Shown piece after piece: positions 1 to 10,434 of a stretch of 64,000 bases of DNA. Position 1 is the stretch's first letter; each line of letters begins with the position of its first letter. The position numbers were made by a program, and so were the translations under genes. The notes beneath the pieces are model-generated. The model saw only the letters and a program-made list of their open reading frames with translations, was not told the origin of the DNA and made no database searches. The DNA is from an uncultured virus (IMG/VR IMGVR_UViG_3300024505_000864) (Duplodnaviria; Heunggongvirae; Uroviricota; Caudoviricetes), in IMG/VR virus record IMGVR_UViG_3300024505_000864; one strand, 5' to 3'.

Positions 1-115
1 GTCAAATGGTCTATGTTGTTGTCCTCAAAGTTAGTTTCCTCACGGATTTCCCAAGACAAACCATCCATATCTGCTGCGGTTTCTGTGAGAAAGTATTCAA
101 GTGTTTCAAGTAAAT

Positions 116-262
116 TCATTTTCTAATCACAGCAATTACTTTACGGTTTGGATACTTCTCTACAATTATATCACGAGCACTCTCATAATCAATAGCATCC
201 TTTACGGTTTCATAATACACAGTTTTATCTGCGTCATCCCAAGTTTGAACTTCGTAAGTCAT
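116..262 (-). CDS. Hypothetical protein (MTYEVQTWDD...), duplicated at 12590-12736
   Basis: ORF track; identity with the second copy stops at this ATG. Confidence 0.75.
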   Translation of the reverse strand: MTYEVQTWDDADKTVYYETVKDAIDYESARDIIVEKYPNRKVIAVIRK

Positions 263-493
263 TTCTTCTCCCAAAAAGGGTTTCATTTCAATCCACTCAC
301 ACAAATGGAACAAAGACAATCATCAGTTTTAGGAACTCTAAACATAATGTGATTTCCAGAGCAACAATCTCTATCACCACATTTCATACAATTATCACAA
401 ACCCACTCTTTTTGATTACGACATTTGACGAAATCTTCAAGAGTATAGTTTTGAAGAAGATTAGTCATTTCAGGTGTCTGTGTGTATAAGAGT

Positions 494-550
494 ATTATAG
501 GGCATCCAGAGGCACCCAGAGCATCCCCTGTGCCAGTTCTTCAAGTGTCC
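494..550 (-). promoter_or_regulatory. Early promoter module (dyad + 30 nt + TATAAT)
   Basis: GGACACTT-GAAG-AACTGGCAC, 30 nt spacer, TATAAT on minus strand. Confidence 0.8.
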
Positions 551-1579
551 TCAATAATTGTCGAAGCAACCATCATCATAAGCCTTATCATAGATTTCTT
601 GGGCAAACTTCACAAAGGCATCAAAGTTTCCAGAATACTCCCAACCATCATTCTCATCCCAATCTTCTTCAAAGTGTTCTTTTACAAGTTTTAGGATTTG
701 TTCTTCACTCATAGTGCCTCCAAATCTCCATTAATAATGTCTTTGACAATATTATACTTGATTTTATCAATTTCTTCATCCACCCACTTCTTTGTATTCT
801 CATTCAAATTTTTGAGTGAGGTTTCCCATTCTTCGTCAGTCATCGTTCAGCAACCACGATAAAGTCATTCATAGAAATACTCCTCTTACTTTTAGCAAGA
901 ATACCTTGATTTGGAAAATAAGGAACTGCTACAAGATTATAGAATGGTCTCAACTGCTCATAGAGAGTATAAAGGTGTCCGTCTTTCTTGTATCGGTAGA
1001 GTTTCATAGTGCCTCCAATTCATCAGCAAGTTCAAGAATGTTCTTTTCAGTAATACCGATATACTTGAGTTCTTCTACAACTTTACGAAGAGCAGCAGCA
1101 ACTCCATCTTTTGGAAAGTTGTAAGTATCCTCTGCTTCGTATGCTCTCATAATCTTTTTTGCTCGTTCAGTCATAGTGCCTCCAATTCGTTAGCAAGTTC
1201 ATAAAGTGCTTTTTTCTCAACTACAGTTACATCATTATTAGGCATAAAGATTGTGTATGATAATTCATCCGCAATTACACGAATAGCAGCAGCAAGTGCT
1301 TCTTTCATATCATCTGTGGGTTCTACAATCAATTCTGCTTTGAATGTTTCCCAGATTTGGTATGCGGTATTAGTCATTGTGGTTCTCCAAAAAGTCCAGT
1401 GTATCCAGTGGAATAAGATGTTTCGTAGCAACCATCATCATAACCCATTTGATAGATTTTTTGGGCAAACTTCAAGAGGTCTTCTTCATCACATTCCCAG
1501 TAAATGTCGTGTGTTGTTTTACTTATGTGCCTATCAAACCCATAGGTGTTAGCAAGTTTGATGATTTCTTCATTATTCA

Positions 1580-1789
1580 TCAGGCATCCTCCAAACGAAT
1601 GTACTTTTCAAATAATCCTCTCATATCATAAAAATACGATTTACCTCTCTCAAGAACAAAAGCATCATAATCTTCTTGGGTTGGTTCATCTTCCATTTCC
1701 ATATCCTTCCAACACTCCAAGAAATCTTCAACAGACATATGATATTCCAGAGGAATGTATGCTACTTTGGGAGTGATTGTGGTAGTCAT
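1580..1789 (-). CDS. Acidic hypothetical protein, paralogue of 12869-13081
   Basis: Shared YIPLEYHMSVEDFLE...EPTQEDYD. Confidence 0.75.
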   Translation of the reverse strand: MTTTITPKVAYIPLEYHMSVEDFLECWKDMEMEDEPTQEDYDAFVLERGKSYFYDMRGLFEKYIRLEDA

Positions 1790-1986
1790 TTCAGTTCTGG
1801 TGATTTTTCAGGAAGATTTTGATACAATTCATAACATCTTCAAGAGTAGGAGCACTACCCTCATAATAGAAATCTTGGTTGATTACATCAGTCACTTTGA
1901 GAGTGAAATGAAAATCTCCATCAGAAGAATACTGCTGAATGTTGATGTAGGTTTCGTAGTCCATCGGTTTGGTTGCTTATGAGAGT

Positions 1987-2043
1987 ATTATAGACCAGTA
2001 GGAGACCTTATGGGGTCTCCTTGTGCCAGTTCAAAAGGTGTCC
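1987..2043 (-). promoter_or_regulatory. Early promoter module
   Basis: Dyad, hairpin-containing 30 nt spacer, TATAAT. Confidence 0.8.
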
Positions 2044-2549
2044 TTCTCAAACTTCTCCTTGAGTTTCAGGTAGAGTTCATATTCTTCTTTGTTTTCTTTA
2101 TATTTCTTCAGTTCTTCTTCAAGTTCTTTAACCTTTTGAGAAAGTGAAGTATTATCTTGAGATTCTTCTTTCTTCTCCAGAATGGTTCCAGTTACATCAG
2201 CAAACTCAAGATCGGCACCGTTAAGATTGGCACCCTGAAGATTGACACCCCAAAGATAGGCACTCCGAAGATTGGCATCCCGAAGATTGACACCCTCAAG
2301 ATAGGCACTCCGAAGATTGGCACCCACAAGATTGGCACCCTCAAGATAGGCACTCCGAAGATTGGCACCCACAAGATTGGCACCCTCAAGATCGGCACCG
2401 TTAAGATTGGCACCCACAAGATTGGCACCCTCAAGATCGGCACCGTTAAGATTGGCACCCTGAAGATTGACACCCTCAAGATAGGCACTCCGAAGATTGG
2501 CACCCTGAAGATTGGCACTAGGTTTGATTTCGTAACCGTTGACTTTCAT
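2031..2549 (-). CDS. Pentapeptide repeat protein
   Basis: Tandem A[N/D/Y]LxG pentapeptides; start moved to MKVNG because the longer ORF overlaps a promoter module. Confidence 0.9.
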   Translation of the reverse strand: MKVNGYEIKPSANLQGANLRSAYLEGVNLQGANLNGADLEGANLVGANLNGADLEGANLVGANLRSAYLEGANLVGANLRSAYLEGVNLRDANLRSAYLWGVNLQGANLNGADLEFADVTGTILEKKEESQDNTSLSQKVKELEEELKKYKENKEEYELYLKLKEKFEKDTF

Positions 2550-2573
2550 TGGAGTTTCTTTGTGTATGAGACT

Positions 2574-2630
2574 ATTATAAGGCATCACAGGGGCATTTGG
2601 AGTGTCCCTGTGCCAGTTCTTCAAGTGTCC
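2574..2630 (-). promoter_or_regulatory. Early promoter module
   Basis: Dyad + 30 nt + TATAAT. Confidence 0.8.
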
Positions 2631-2796
2631 TCAACATACCAATACTCCTCACAACATTTTACATAATCACTTTGAAGATAATGGAAGAACTCCCCATCAT
2701 CGTGGGTCATAGTATAACACCATTCCTCATAAATTTCACCGCACCAATACCACCCAGATTGGAGTTTATCAAAGACATTCATAGGTCTGTTGTATT

Positions 2797-3405
2797 TCAT
2801 TCATCTACCCAAACAAATCCCAAACAAGTTTTCATAAAGAACCTCGCAATCATATTTGGTTTAGTAGGCATATAATACCTGATATATCGTCCATTACCAA
2901 AAGTATAATAACCTTCGTGTTTGTTTCCTTGTTTGATTACAAAAGAGGTTTCAATACAAGAATTAACACTCAATCCAGTTCCATAAGTAAGGTTTAGTTT
3001 GAGTGGGAAGTTTCCATTCTCTTTTGCATACTCAAAGTCCTGAATAATCCTATCAAACTTTGTGTTGTATAATTTTTCTGAAATATACTTGGATTGATGG
3101 AACTTATTTTTGGTGTTCTCAATCAGTTTATCAATCTTCTCATCAAACTCTTGTGTGATTTCATCCAGAGTTTTTGGGTTTTCTGGGATTATGAGGAGAT
3201 ATTTTACCTCATCAAATCTTTCATTAGTTTCAGATATTTTCAATCCAATAGCAAAAAATAATGCCTCTACATCTTTGATAGAAGTTATTTTAGTAGTATC
3301 TACATCATACCACTTACTTCCAATATGTAAAGTTCCTACTGGTGGAATGTAAGTATCTGATACTGGTTGTCCTATGTTTTGTTCGGTTGGTTTCCAATCA
3401 GTCAT
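2797..3405 (-). CDS. Hypothetical protein, paralogue of 8909-9472
   Basis: Shared DTxKIxxxKDV, DFEYAxENG and KPN motifs. Confidence 0.8.
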   Translation of the reverse strand: MTDWKPTEQNIGQPVSDTYIPPVGTLHIGSKWYDVDTTKITSIKDVEALFFAIGLKISETNERFDEVKYLLIIPENPKTLDEITQEFDEKIDKLIENTKNKFHQSKYISEKLYNTKFDRIIQDFEYAKENGNFPLKLNLTYGTGLSVNSCIETSFVIKQGNKHEGYYTFGNGRYIRYYMPTKPNMIARFFMKTCLGFVWVDE

Positions 3406-5718
3406 AAATCACTCCACATAATGATACACAGGTTCTTTGTATTTTCTCAGTAGTCGTATTGATTCTTGTGCTTCTTCAAGTGTTTGGAATGTAGCATCTG
3501 AGTGAAGAACATATTTTTTTTCAGCAAGATGATAATATTGAATGAAAAAATAAGGTTTCAAAGTTTTCAAATTGAGGTCTTCTACAATTCGGTAATCATA
3601 AACTTTCATTATTTCCGTGCCTCCCAAAGTTTTCCTTCCTCACCACATCCACCATAAGGTAATCTCATATTATCACAGAATTTACGACCATTACTTTTTC
3701 CAGTCACCAGATTTTGACTTAATACTGGATTGTGGCAAGTATCAAATATAGTTCCAGCACCAGTAAGGTGTTCAAACCAATCTTTCTTATACCACTTACA
3801 ATCTTTACATAGACGAAGTTCAGTCATCTCAAATACCTGCGTCAGCATCAATAGTGAAGTTTGGTTTTTCTGTGATGACTTCTACACTCATACTATCCAT
3901 AATCACAGCAATCAAATCCCTCACATTCTCCCTTGACTTGGGAGTATAATAACCACTCCAGTTTGATACTGCTAGAGAATGAGTGAGTGTATCAGTAATA
4001 ACTGCTAATTCGTGTGCTGTCAGTTTCATTTCACAAAATCCTCAAGTTTAGGAATTTCACCACAATAAGAATTTACTTCTGTTGGACTTCTACCTTTGAA
4101 AGTAATACGACACTCCATAGATTTGTCGTAGGTTTTCTGATACAAACTTTGCCTCTGCATATCGGTATAGAAATACCCGTATATCATACCAACCATAATG
4201 GTAAATCCAAGCATAACACAGATAGCAACAAATACTTCTCTACCATCTACTTTCATTAATTTTCTCCATCAAATATCGTAGGGATGTTGGGGGTCTCTGG
4301 TCCAGAGTTTAGAATACACCAACCATTTCTCTTGTTTGTTATCCATCTCTGCAGACCAGTGGATACCATTCTCATCAATAGCATCAAGATAATGAATACC
4401 TTTGCGGTCATCAATCACACGGGTGACTGATACAAACTTAATTTTCTCAACCATAATCAATTGCACATAGGAAAATAAGCAGGACCATGAAGTTCTCCAT
4501 CTGGTCCCAAATAAGACCAATCACCTTTTTCTACATCCCACCAACAATCTTTGGGATAATCATTGTGAGCATCATAGTATTTTCTCACAGCATCCCATTG
4601 TTCTGGAGACCAGTTCTTCCAGTTACTCATCTTATCAGCAAGGAAATGATTTTCAATCTTTCGTTTGATGATAGCATCAGTAGTGGTGTTGTAAATCTCA
4701 ATCACATCAGAATGATTGAGATGTAGTGTCCAAACTCGTTCAGTCATAGTTCATCATCCTCCAGTTCATCAGCAAGACGCAGTATAGCATCCTTTACCCA
4801 GTTTTGTCCTTTGATGAAATGGTGTTTTTCAATAGAAAGTTCTTTTTCTGGTCTATCCTCAATATTGAGACCTTCAACTGCTTCACGGAGAGCAGCAGCA
4901 ACGGCAGAGTTATCATAGTAATATGGTCCTGGACCCAACTTACTATAATACTCATTCATTATTTGTTGTACTCTGGATTTTCTACTCATAATGCTTCTAC
5001 CTCATCAGCAATTTCACGCAACACAGATACGGGGTCTTCAAGTTCTCCACAATCAGTGCATAACCTATCAGCAACTTCATTGATTACACGAGCAATCAAT
5101 TTCTGCCTATCTTTACTTTTGGGTCTCATAGAGAGTTCCATTGTGGATTCCAAAATTTGCAGTGCTCTAGTAGTCATCACGATTTCTCCTGTACCATTCA
5201 AGGTCTCTTGGTCGTGCAGTAATTACACTCAAATCAAATTCAAATCTTTTGTATCGGATGAAAAATGAAAGCAACGTACTAGAGTTGATACACAAAGAAA
5301 ATTCTGGGAGGATAGAATCGGAACCAAAATCATCCCACTGAACTGTGATATCCAGTAGAGCAAACTTTTGGAATCTAAGGACTTGGAAAAACCACTCCTT
5401 CCCAAAATCTTCATAGGTTTCATAATCAAAGAGTTTCATACTTTGCCTCCACTTCTTTTACACGTTCCATAAAACTATCATCACCATGATCACCTGAATA
5501 CAGATAATCAATGTGCCTCATAATCTCTGCCATCTTACGAAGTTTAGGGAGTTGTGCCTTCATGTATTCAATACATTCTTCATCAAAGGCAGGATAGTAT
5601 TCTTCACCATAGTATCCACCATCCTCACGTTTCTGACCATTCTTGAGAATTTCTTCTTCAAGTTCATCAGCAAACTGTGCTACCTTGTAGTAATCATAAT
5701 CTCCAAAATGTCCTCCAC

Positions 5719-5877
5719 TCATTTTTTTAACCTCACTCGTGGTTCGATATCGTTGAGTTCATCATACAGCATCTTTGCAAACCCATAGTGGGGTCTTGTG
5801 CCAGTTTCAATACTGGTACTCGTTGCGACCGTCCACATTATATCAAGTTCTTTTTTATCTGGTAGAGGTTTCGTCAT
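5719..5877 (-). CDS. Small hypothetical protein (MTKPLPDKKELDIMWTVAT...), not in ORF track
   Basis: Manual translation; ATGA overlaps at both ends; paralogue at 15630-15785. Confidence 0.7.
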   Translation of the reverse strand: MTKPLPDKKELDIMWTVATSTSIETGTRPHYGFAKMLYDELNDIEPRVRLKK

Positions 5878-6733
5878 TTTAAATATCTTGGTTTTTCTGA
5901 GTCAAATTGGTAAAACTTAGCATCCCTCATATTCAAACACATCAAAACTGTTTGATGCTCTCTGTCGTAAAGTTCCCAATCTTTTTTAAGTTTGGCATTA
6001 TGTCTCCTTTGATAAGCACAACACCAAACATTATGGTATATCTTTGCTTTTTCGGAAATACTCATCAGTCATCATACTTATCGGGCCAATTATATCCAAG
6101 CAAATCAAAATCAATACCAAGTCGGTAAACCCAAAAAAGAACAGAAAGAAGTCTGCCACAACCAGATGAAACTTGAAAATAAGGCCAACCAGCATAATCA
6201 TTCCAATTCACAGAGAATTGGAAGAAAGACCGATTTTTACCTTTTAGAACACAAAAGTAATATTCGTGTCCAAAATCTTGAATATATTTAAATTTAATAA
6301 ATTTCATTCTTCTAGTTCTTTTGCTAACTCTAGCATATCATTTTTATCAAGAACAATCAAGTTGTTTTGGGCAGTGTAAAATTGAACATTTTCAGCAGCA
6401 ATACGAAGAACGGCAGCAATCAACTTTTCTTCTGTATCAGCACCAGAGTTTCTTGCTGCCCAAATCTCATCCATTAATTTTTTTGCTCTTTCATTCATTT
6501 TTTATTTTGTTTTTCTTCAGTTTGAGGTTTTGGTTGAGTGTAAGGAACTTTACCAGTTTCATTATACATCAAAATGTCATACTTGAACTTACATTCAAGT
6601 GGTTTTTGATTACACATTTTAAGTGTATTATTAGTGATTGTAGTGACAGAAGTTGTACCACCAATAGCATATCCAGTGATTGCAATCAAAATCAAAATAG
6701 GATAAGCAACATAAGGTTTAATAAACATAATAA

Positions 6734-7108
6734 TCAATCCCAAGAAATGTTTTCAACTAGAACTCCAGGCATCACATAAGTCCAACCAGAACCAGCAACT
6801 TTATAATCCCACTTATATTCATACTTATTATGACTATCCCAAGTCATATATCCTTTCTCTTTATCAAATCTACCCTTAATAGTTAGTGAAAATTTATTAG
6901 AGAAAATGTTACGGGTGCGTAAAGCACCATTTGATTCTCTAGTTTCAATCACTACGCAGGTATCTTCAAAAAAATAATTTTCTGTTTCCAATCCACAAGG
7001 AGTTTCATATCGAAAAGGACGATACCCTTTAGTTTCTTGTGCGAAAACAGGAGAAGTCAGAAGGAGTGTAGCAAGAAGAAAAATACTTTTCATCATATCA
7101 CTTAACAA
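6734..7108 (-). CDS. Putative exported hypothetical protein
   Basis: Signal-peptide-like N-terminus ending VFA. Confidence 0.65.
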   Translation of the reverse strand: MLSDMMKSIFLLATLLLTSPVFAQETKGYRPFRYETPCGLETENYFFEDTCVVIETRESNGALRTRNIFSNKFSLTIKGRFDKEKGYMTWDSHNKYEYKWDYKVAGSGWTYVMPGVLVENISWD

Positions 7109-7488
7109 TTTGCCAGTTAAAGTCTTGTTTTTTATCTAAGGTAAATTTGTACTTACCATTCACAGAAGTCAGAAACATAAGACCATCCTTTTCATCGTCC
7201 ACATAACAACTATGAAGATGGTCCATTTCTGTATCAAACCGAAGTTTTGCGACACTAGAAACAGGTTCAACACAGACAAATTTGCGTTTAATAGTTGTGG
7301 TCATTTTTCAAGAACAACGATATTATGAGGTGAAAAAATAGTACGTCGTAGATAAGATGCTCGAAGAACTTGCTTCAGTGTAGAAGACTCTACAAGTTCA
7401 ATGTCAGAGGGGGAAAGTTCCCCCCATCGAATAGATGCGATAAAAACTTTAATCGGATTCACTGCTAGACCTCCATGCGTATGAGAGC

Positions 7489-7546
7489 ATCATACGACAA
7501 AACCACCTCCTTGTGGGAAGTGGTGTGCCAGTTGTTAGAGTGTCAC
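7489..7546 (-). promoter_or_regulatory. Early promoter module
   Basis: Dyad + 30 nt + TATGAT. Confidence 0.75.
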
Positions 7547-7941
7547 TTTTGAATGTCAAAAGTGGGAACAGGTGCTCCACCATTACTCGGCACCATATAA
7601 ACAGTACGACTGGTGTTTTCTTCACCTTGAGTAATCCACAGATACTGAAGATAAGCAGGATTACCCTTTAGACTATCTCCGATAATGGAGTTTGCCTTAG
7701 CAACACCAGTAGCACGGATGATTTCAGCATCAGCAAGTTGTTGTGCCGAATCTTTCTTTGCTTGTGCTTCAAGCACTGCAATCTGTCGGTTACTTTCGGC
7801 ACGGGCAAGTTCTGCACGACCAGTTTGAGATTGTTCCCAAACTCGGTAAATCGGACCAACGATTGCATCAATAATAAACAGAGAGAGGATAAATGCGACT
7901 GCAATTGTAATCAAATTACGCATAAAGTTATCTTGTTTCAT
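7543..7941 (-). CDS. Membrane-anchored stomatin/prohibitin (SPFH)-like coiled-coil protein
   Basis: TM helix then AELxxAE...IIGDSLK...YLQYL; paralogue 16944-17351. Confidence 0.6.
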   Translation of the reverse strand: MKQDNFMRNLITIAVAFILSLFIIDAIVGPIYRVWEQSQTGRAELARAESNRQIAVLEAQAKKDSAQQLADAEIIRATGVAKANSIIGDSLKGNPAYLQYLWITQGEENTSRTVYMVPSNGGAPVPTFDIQK

Positions 7942-7960
7942 AATTTACCTCAAATAAAGT

Positions 7961-8383
7961 TTAGGGAATAATCCAATCATAACTACCAGGAGTTTCTACA
8001 CTCTCATATCCATCATACTCATCAATACGATAAGGACCAGAAACTTCATCAATACGAAGTTTAGCACACATTCCGTTTGCTTTGTCTTTCAGTTCTTCTA
8101 CAACTTGAACCAGAGCAGGATCGTGACGGACAGCATCACCATAATACCAAGATTGTGCCGAATATGCTTTATTGTAAGCAGTTAGTTCATCTTTACTCAT
8201 AGTAAGGATTTCTTTTGTGGTTTGTGGTTTCAGTCGTTGTTCAGGTGGAACTAACCAAACACTAAATCCCCACTCATTATCTTCAATCCAAACTTGTTGT
8301 CCTTTGATTTCCCAGTATCGTTGAACTGCTTCTTTAGAGAGACCGAACCCACCGTAGCAGGCATTATAAACAACTTTAGTCAT
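7961..8383 (-). CDS. Conserved phage hypothetical protein (NACYGGFGLS...RHDPxLVQVVEEL...IDEYDGxE)
   Basis: ORF track; motif pattern recognised from phage hypothetical proteins. Confidence 0.75.
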   Translation of the reverse strand: MTKVVYNACYGGFGLSKEAVQRYWEIKGQQVWIEDNEWGFSVWLVPPEQRLKPQTTKEILTMSKDELTAYNKAYSAQSWYYGDAVRHDPALVQVVEELKDKANGMCAKLRIDEVSGPYRIDEYDGYESVETPGSYDWIIP

Positions 8384-8408
8384 TTCAGGTGTCTGTGTGT
8401 ATGAGAGT

Positions 8409-8464
8409 ATTATAAGGCATCCAGAGGCACTCAGAGCATCCCCTGTGCCAGTTCTTCAAGTGTC
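8409..8464 (-). promoter_or_regulatory. Early promoter module, near-identical to 494-550
   Basis: Dyad + 30 nt + TATAAT. Confidence 0.8.
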
Positions 8465-8908
8465 TTTACACCGATGTAATGGAATACGAAGAAACTGAAA
8501 GAACCTTCCAATATATCCTATCTGTGCTCCACATTTAGGGCAACAATACGATGGGTAGGTCATTTCAATCCAATCAGTTTAGCAAAATCAGGAGTGATAG
8601 TAAGGTTTTGTTCTCTTACAAGATTACGAACTTCCTTACGAAGATTTATCCACTTATTGTAGTAATCTTGTGATGCTTTTTCTGCTCTGTTTTTAGCATC
8701 AAAGTCGCACTGGTGCTCGTAAGTTCTGGTTTCGTAGTATCTCATTTTTCATCCTTTCGTGGTTCTTTACCTTTACACCAAATCGTATGAAGTTCATCAA
8801 CACGATTTTCCCAAATCATAGTATCTACAATATAGTCATATGGGGTTTCATAAGTGTCTTCATACACTTCTCTAATGAAGATGGATTTATTCACTGATTG
8901 TGGGTATT

Positions 8909-9472
8909 TCATACATCTTTCCAAGTAAAGTCAAAGAAGATTTTAGCACAATTCCTCACCAACCAGTTAGGTTTCTTATTCATATAATATTTCACAATAC
9001 CAGCACCAATAGTATAATACCCTGCATTATCAGTTCCACACCTAATCACAAAACTGGAAGTAATATTACTACCAGTCGCAATAAGGTTAGAGTAATCTAA
9101 TGTTCCTGTAAGTTTAGGTGGGAAAAATCCATTCTCACGGGCATACTCAAAATCCTCATCCTGCTTCTTACAGAACTCCTCATACCTTTTTTTCTTATAC
9201 AACCAATTGTGCCCAATCCTATATTCAAGATGAGTTTTCTCAATCAGTTTCTCAAACTTTTCATCAAGTTCTTGTTGAATTTCTTCTAATGACTTTCGTG
9301 GTTCTTCCACATAAGGAATAACAAAGTATTCTTTAGCAAGTTCATATCTTGGGTCATTTTCTTCAAGAATGCTTATATCACAAATAATACCCAGACACTC
9401 AAAAATGTTTCTTACATCTTTGAGTGTTTTGATTTTACTTGTATCAATTACATAATCTTTTCTTTTAGTCAT
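8909..9472 (-). CDS. Hypothetical protein, paralogue of 2797-3405
   Basis: ORF track; shared motifs. Confidence 0.8.
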   Translation of the reverse strand: MTKRKDYVIDTSKIKTLKDVRNIFECLGIICDISILEENDPRYELAKEYFVIPYVEEPRKSLEEIQQELDEKFEKLIEKTHLEYRIGHNWLYKKKRYEEFCKKQDEDFEYARENGFFPPKLTGTLDYSNLIATGSNITSSFVIRCGTDNAGYYTIGAGIVKYYMNKKPNWLVRNCAKIFFDFTWKDV

Positions 9473-9480
9473 TTTTCATT

Positions 9481-10329
9481 TTATAGTGATTTGAGTTTTC
9501 TTGGAAGTTTTCCACGACCAGAAAACCAACCTTCTCCAGGACATTCTACATCAAATTTGGTATTACCGCAACCATCGTTCCACCATTTTTTTCCTTGTTT
9601 TGATGTACTACATTTTATTTTATGTTCTTTATTCATTCCCAAACCCCATCCTTCACCAGGACATTCTATTGAAAGTTTATTATTTCCACATCCATCATTC
9701 CACCATTTTCTTCCTTTCATCTTTTCACTTTGTTTTCTATTCATTTCTTCACTTATTCCAAGAACCCAACCTTCTCCTGGACAATCTGTAGATTGTTTTA
9801 CATTTCCGCATCCGTTATTCCACCATTTTTTTCCATAAGCAGGATGATTTTTACCACACTTTCTTTTTTTCTTATTCATTTCTTCATCCATCCCCAAAAC
9901 CCAACCTTCTCCAGGACATTCTATAGAAAGAACTACATTACCACATCCATCATTCCACCATTTCTTACCATAATTCTCCCCCCTTTTACCATAGTTTGGA
10001 TTATTTTTTCCTGTATTTACCTCACTTAATTTTCTTCTGGTTTTTTCACTTGGATTAGAATTTCCATCACCACCATCAGTTCTATTATATAAAATACCAG
10101 TTCCTAAATCCTTTCTACCAAGAACAGCAATCATATAGATTTCGTGCTTGAATGCTTCTTCTTCAGTTAAGTTCTGTTTGAGAAAAATTATTCTACTTTT
10201 GTCTTTTGGAGGTCTTACTTCACTCTTTTTCTTTACATACAATCTATTTTTAGTGCCTTTACCAACATAGTAAGGTGTTTTATCTGCCCGCAAATATGCG
10301 TAGGTATAAAATCTGTTAGGATTTACCAT
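9481..10329 (-). mobile_element. Free-standing GIY-YIG-like homing endonuclease with NUMOD3-like motif and four KWWNxGCGN...CPGEGW repeats
   Basis: FYTYAYLR...PYYVGKG...E..MI...LYNRTDGGDG; GKNNPNYGK. Confidence 0.85.
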
Positions 10330-10364
10330 TTCTATTCTATTGAAACCGCATTAGTATTTATAAT

Positions 10365-10434
10365 AGAAAAGGTGCCCAAAAGAGCACCTAATCTGTCCGT
10401 AGAGATTGCGGTTTCAACAGACATTTTTATTTAT
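10365..10434 (-). ncRNA. Putative small RNA antisense to the endonuclease 5' UTR
   Basis: ATAAATA promoter, stem-loop 10394-10423, terminator 10365-10389; loop complements 10337-10350. Confidence 0.55.

Noticed and set aside
2157..2666. KIGT-repeat and VPIL-repeat ORFs
   Set aside because: Antisense and frame shadows of the pentapeptide repeat gene.
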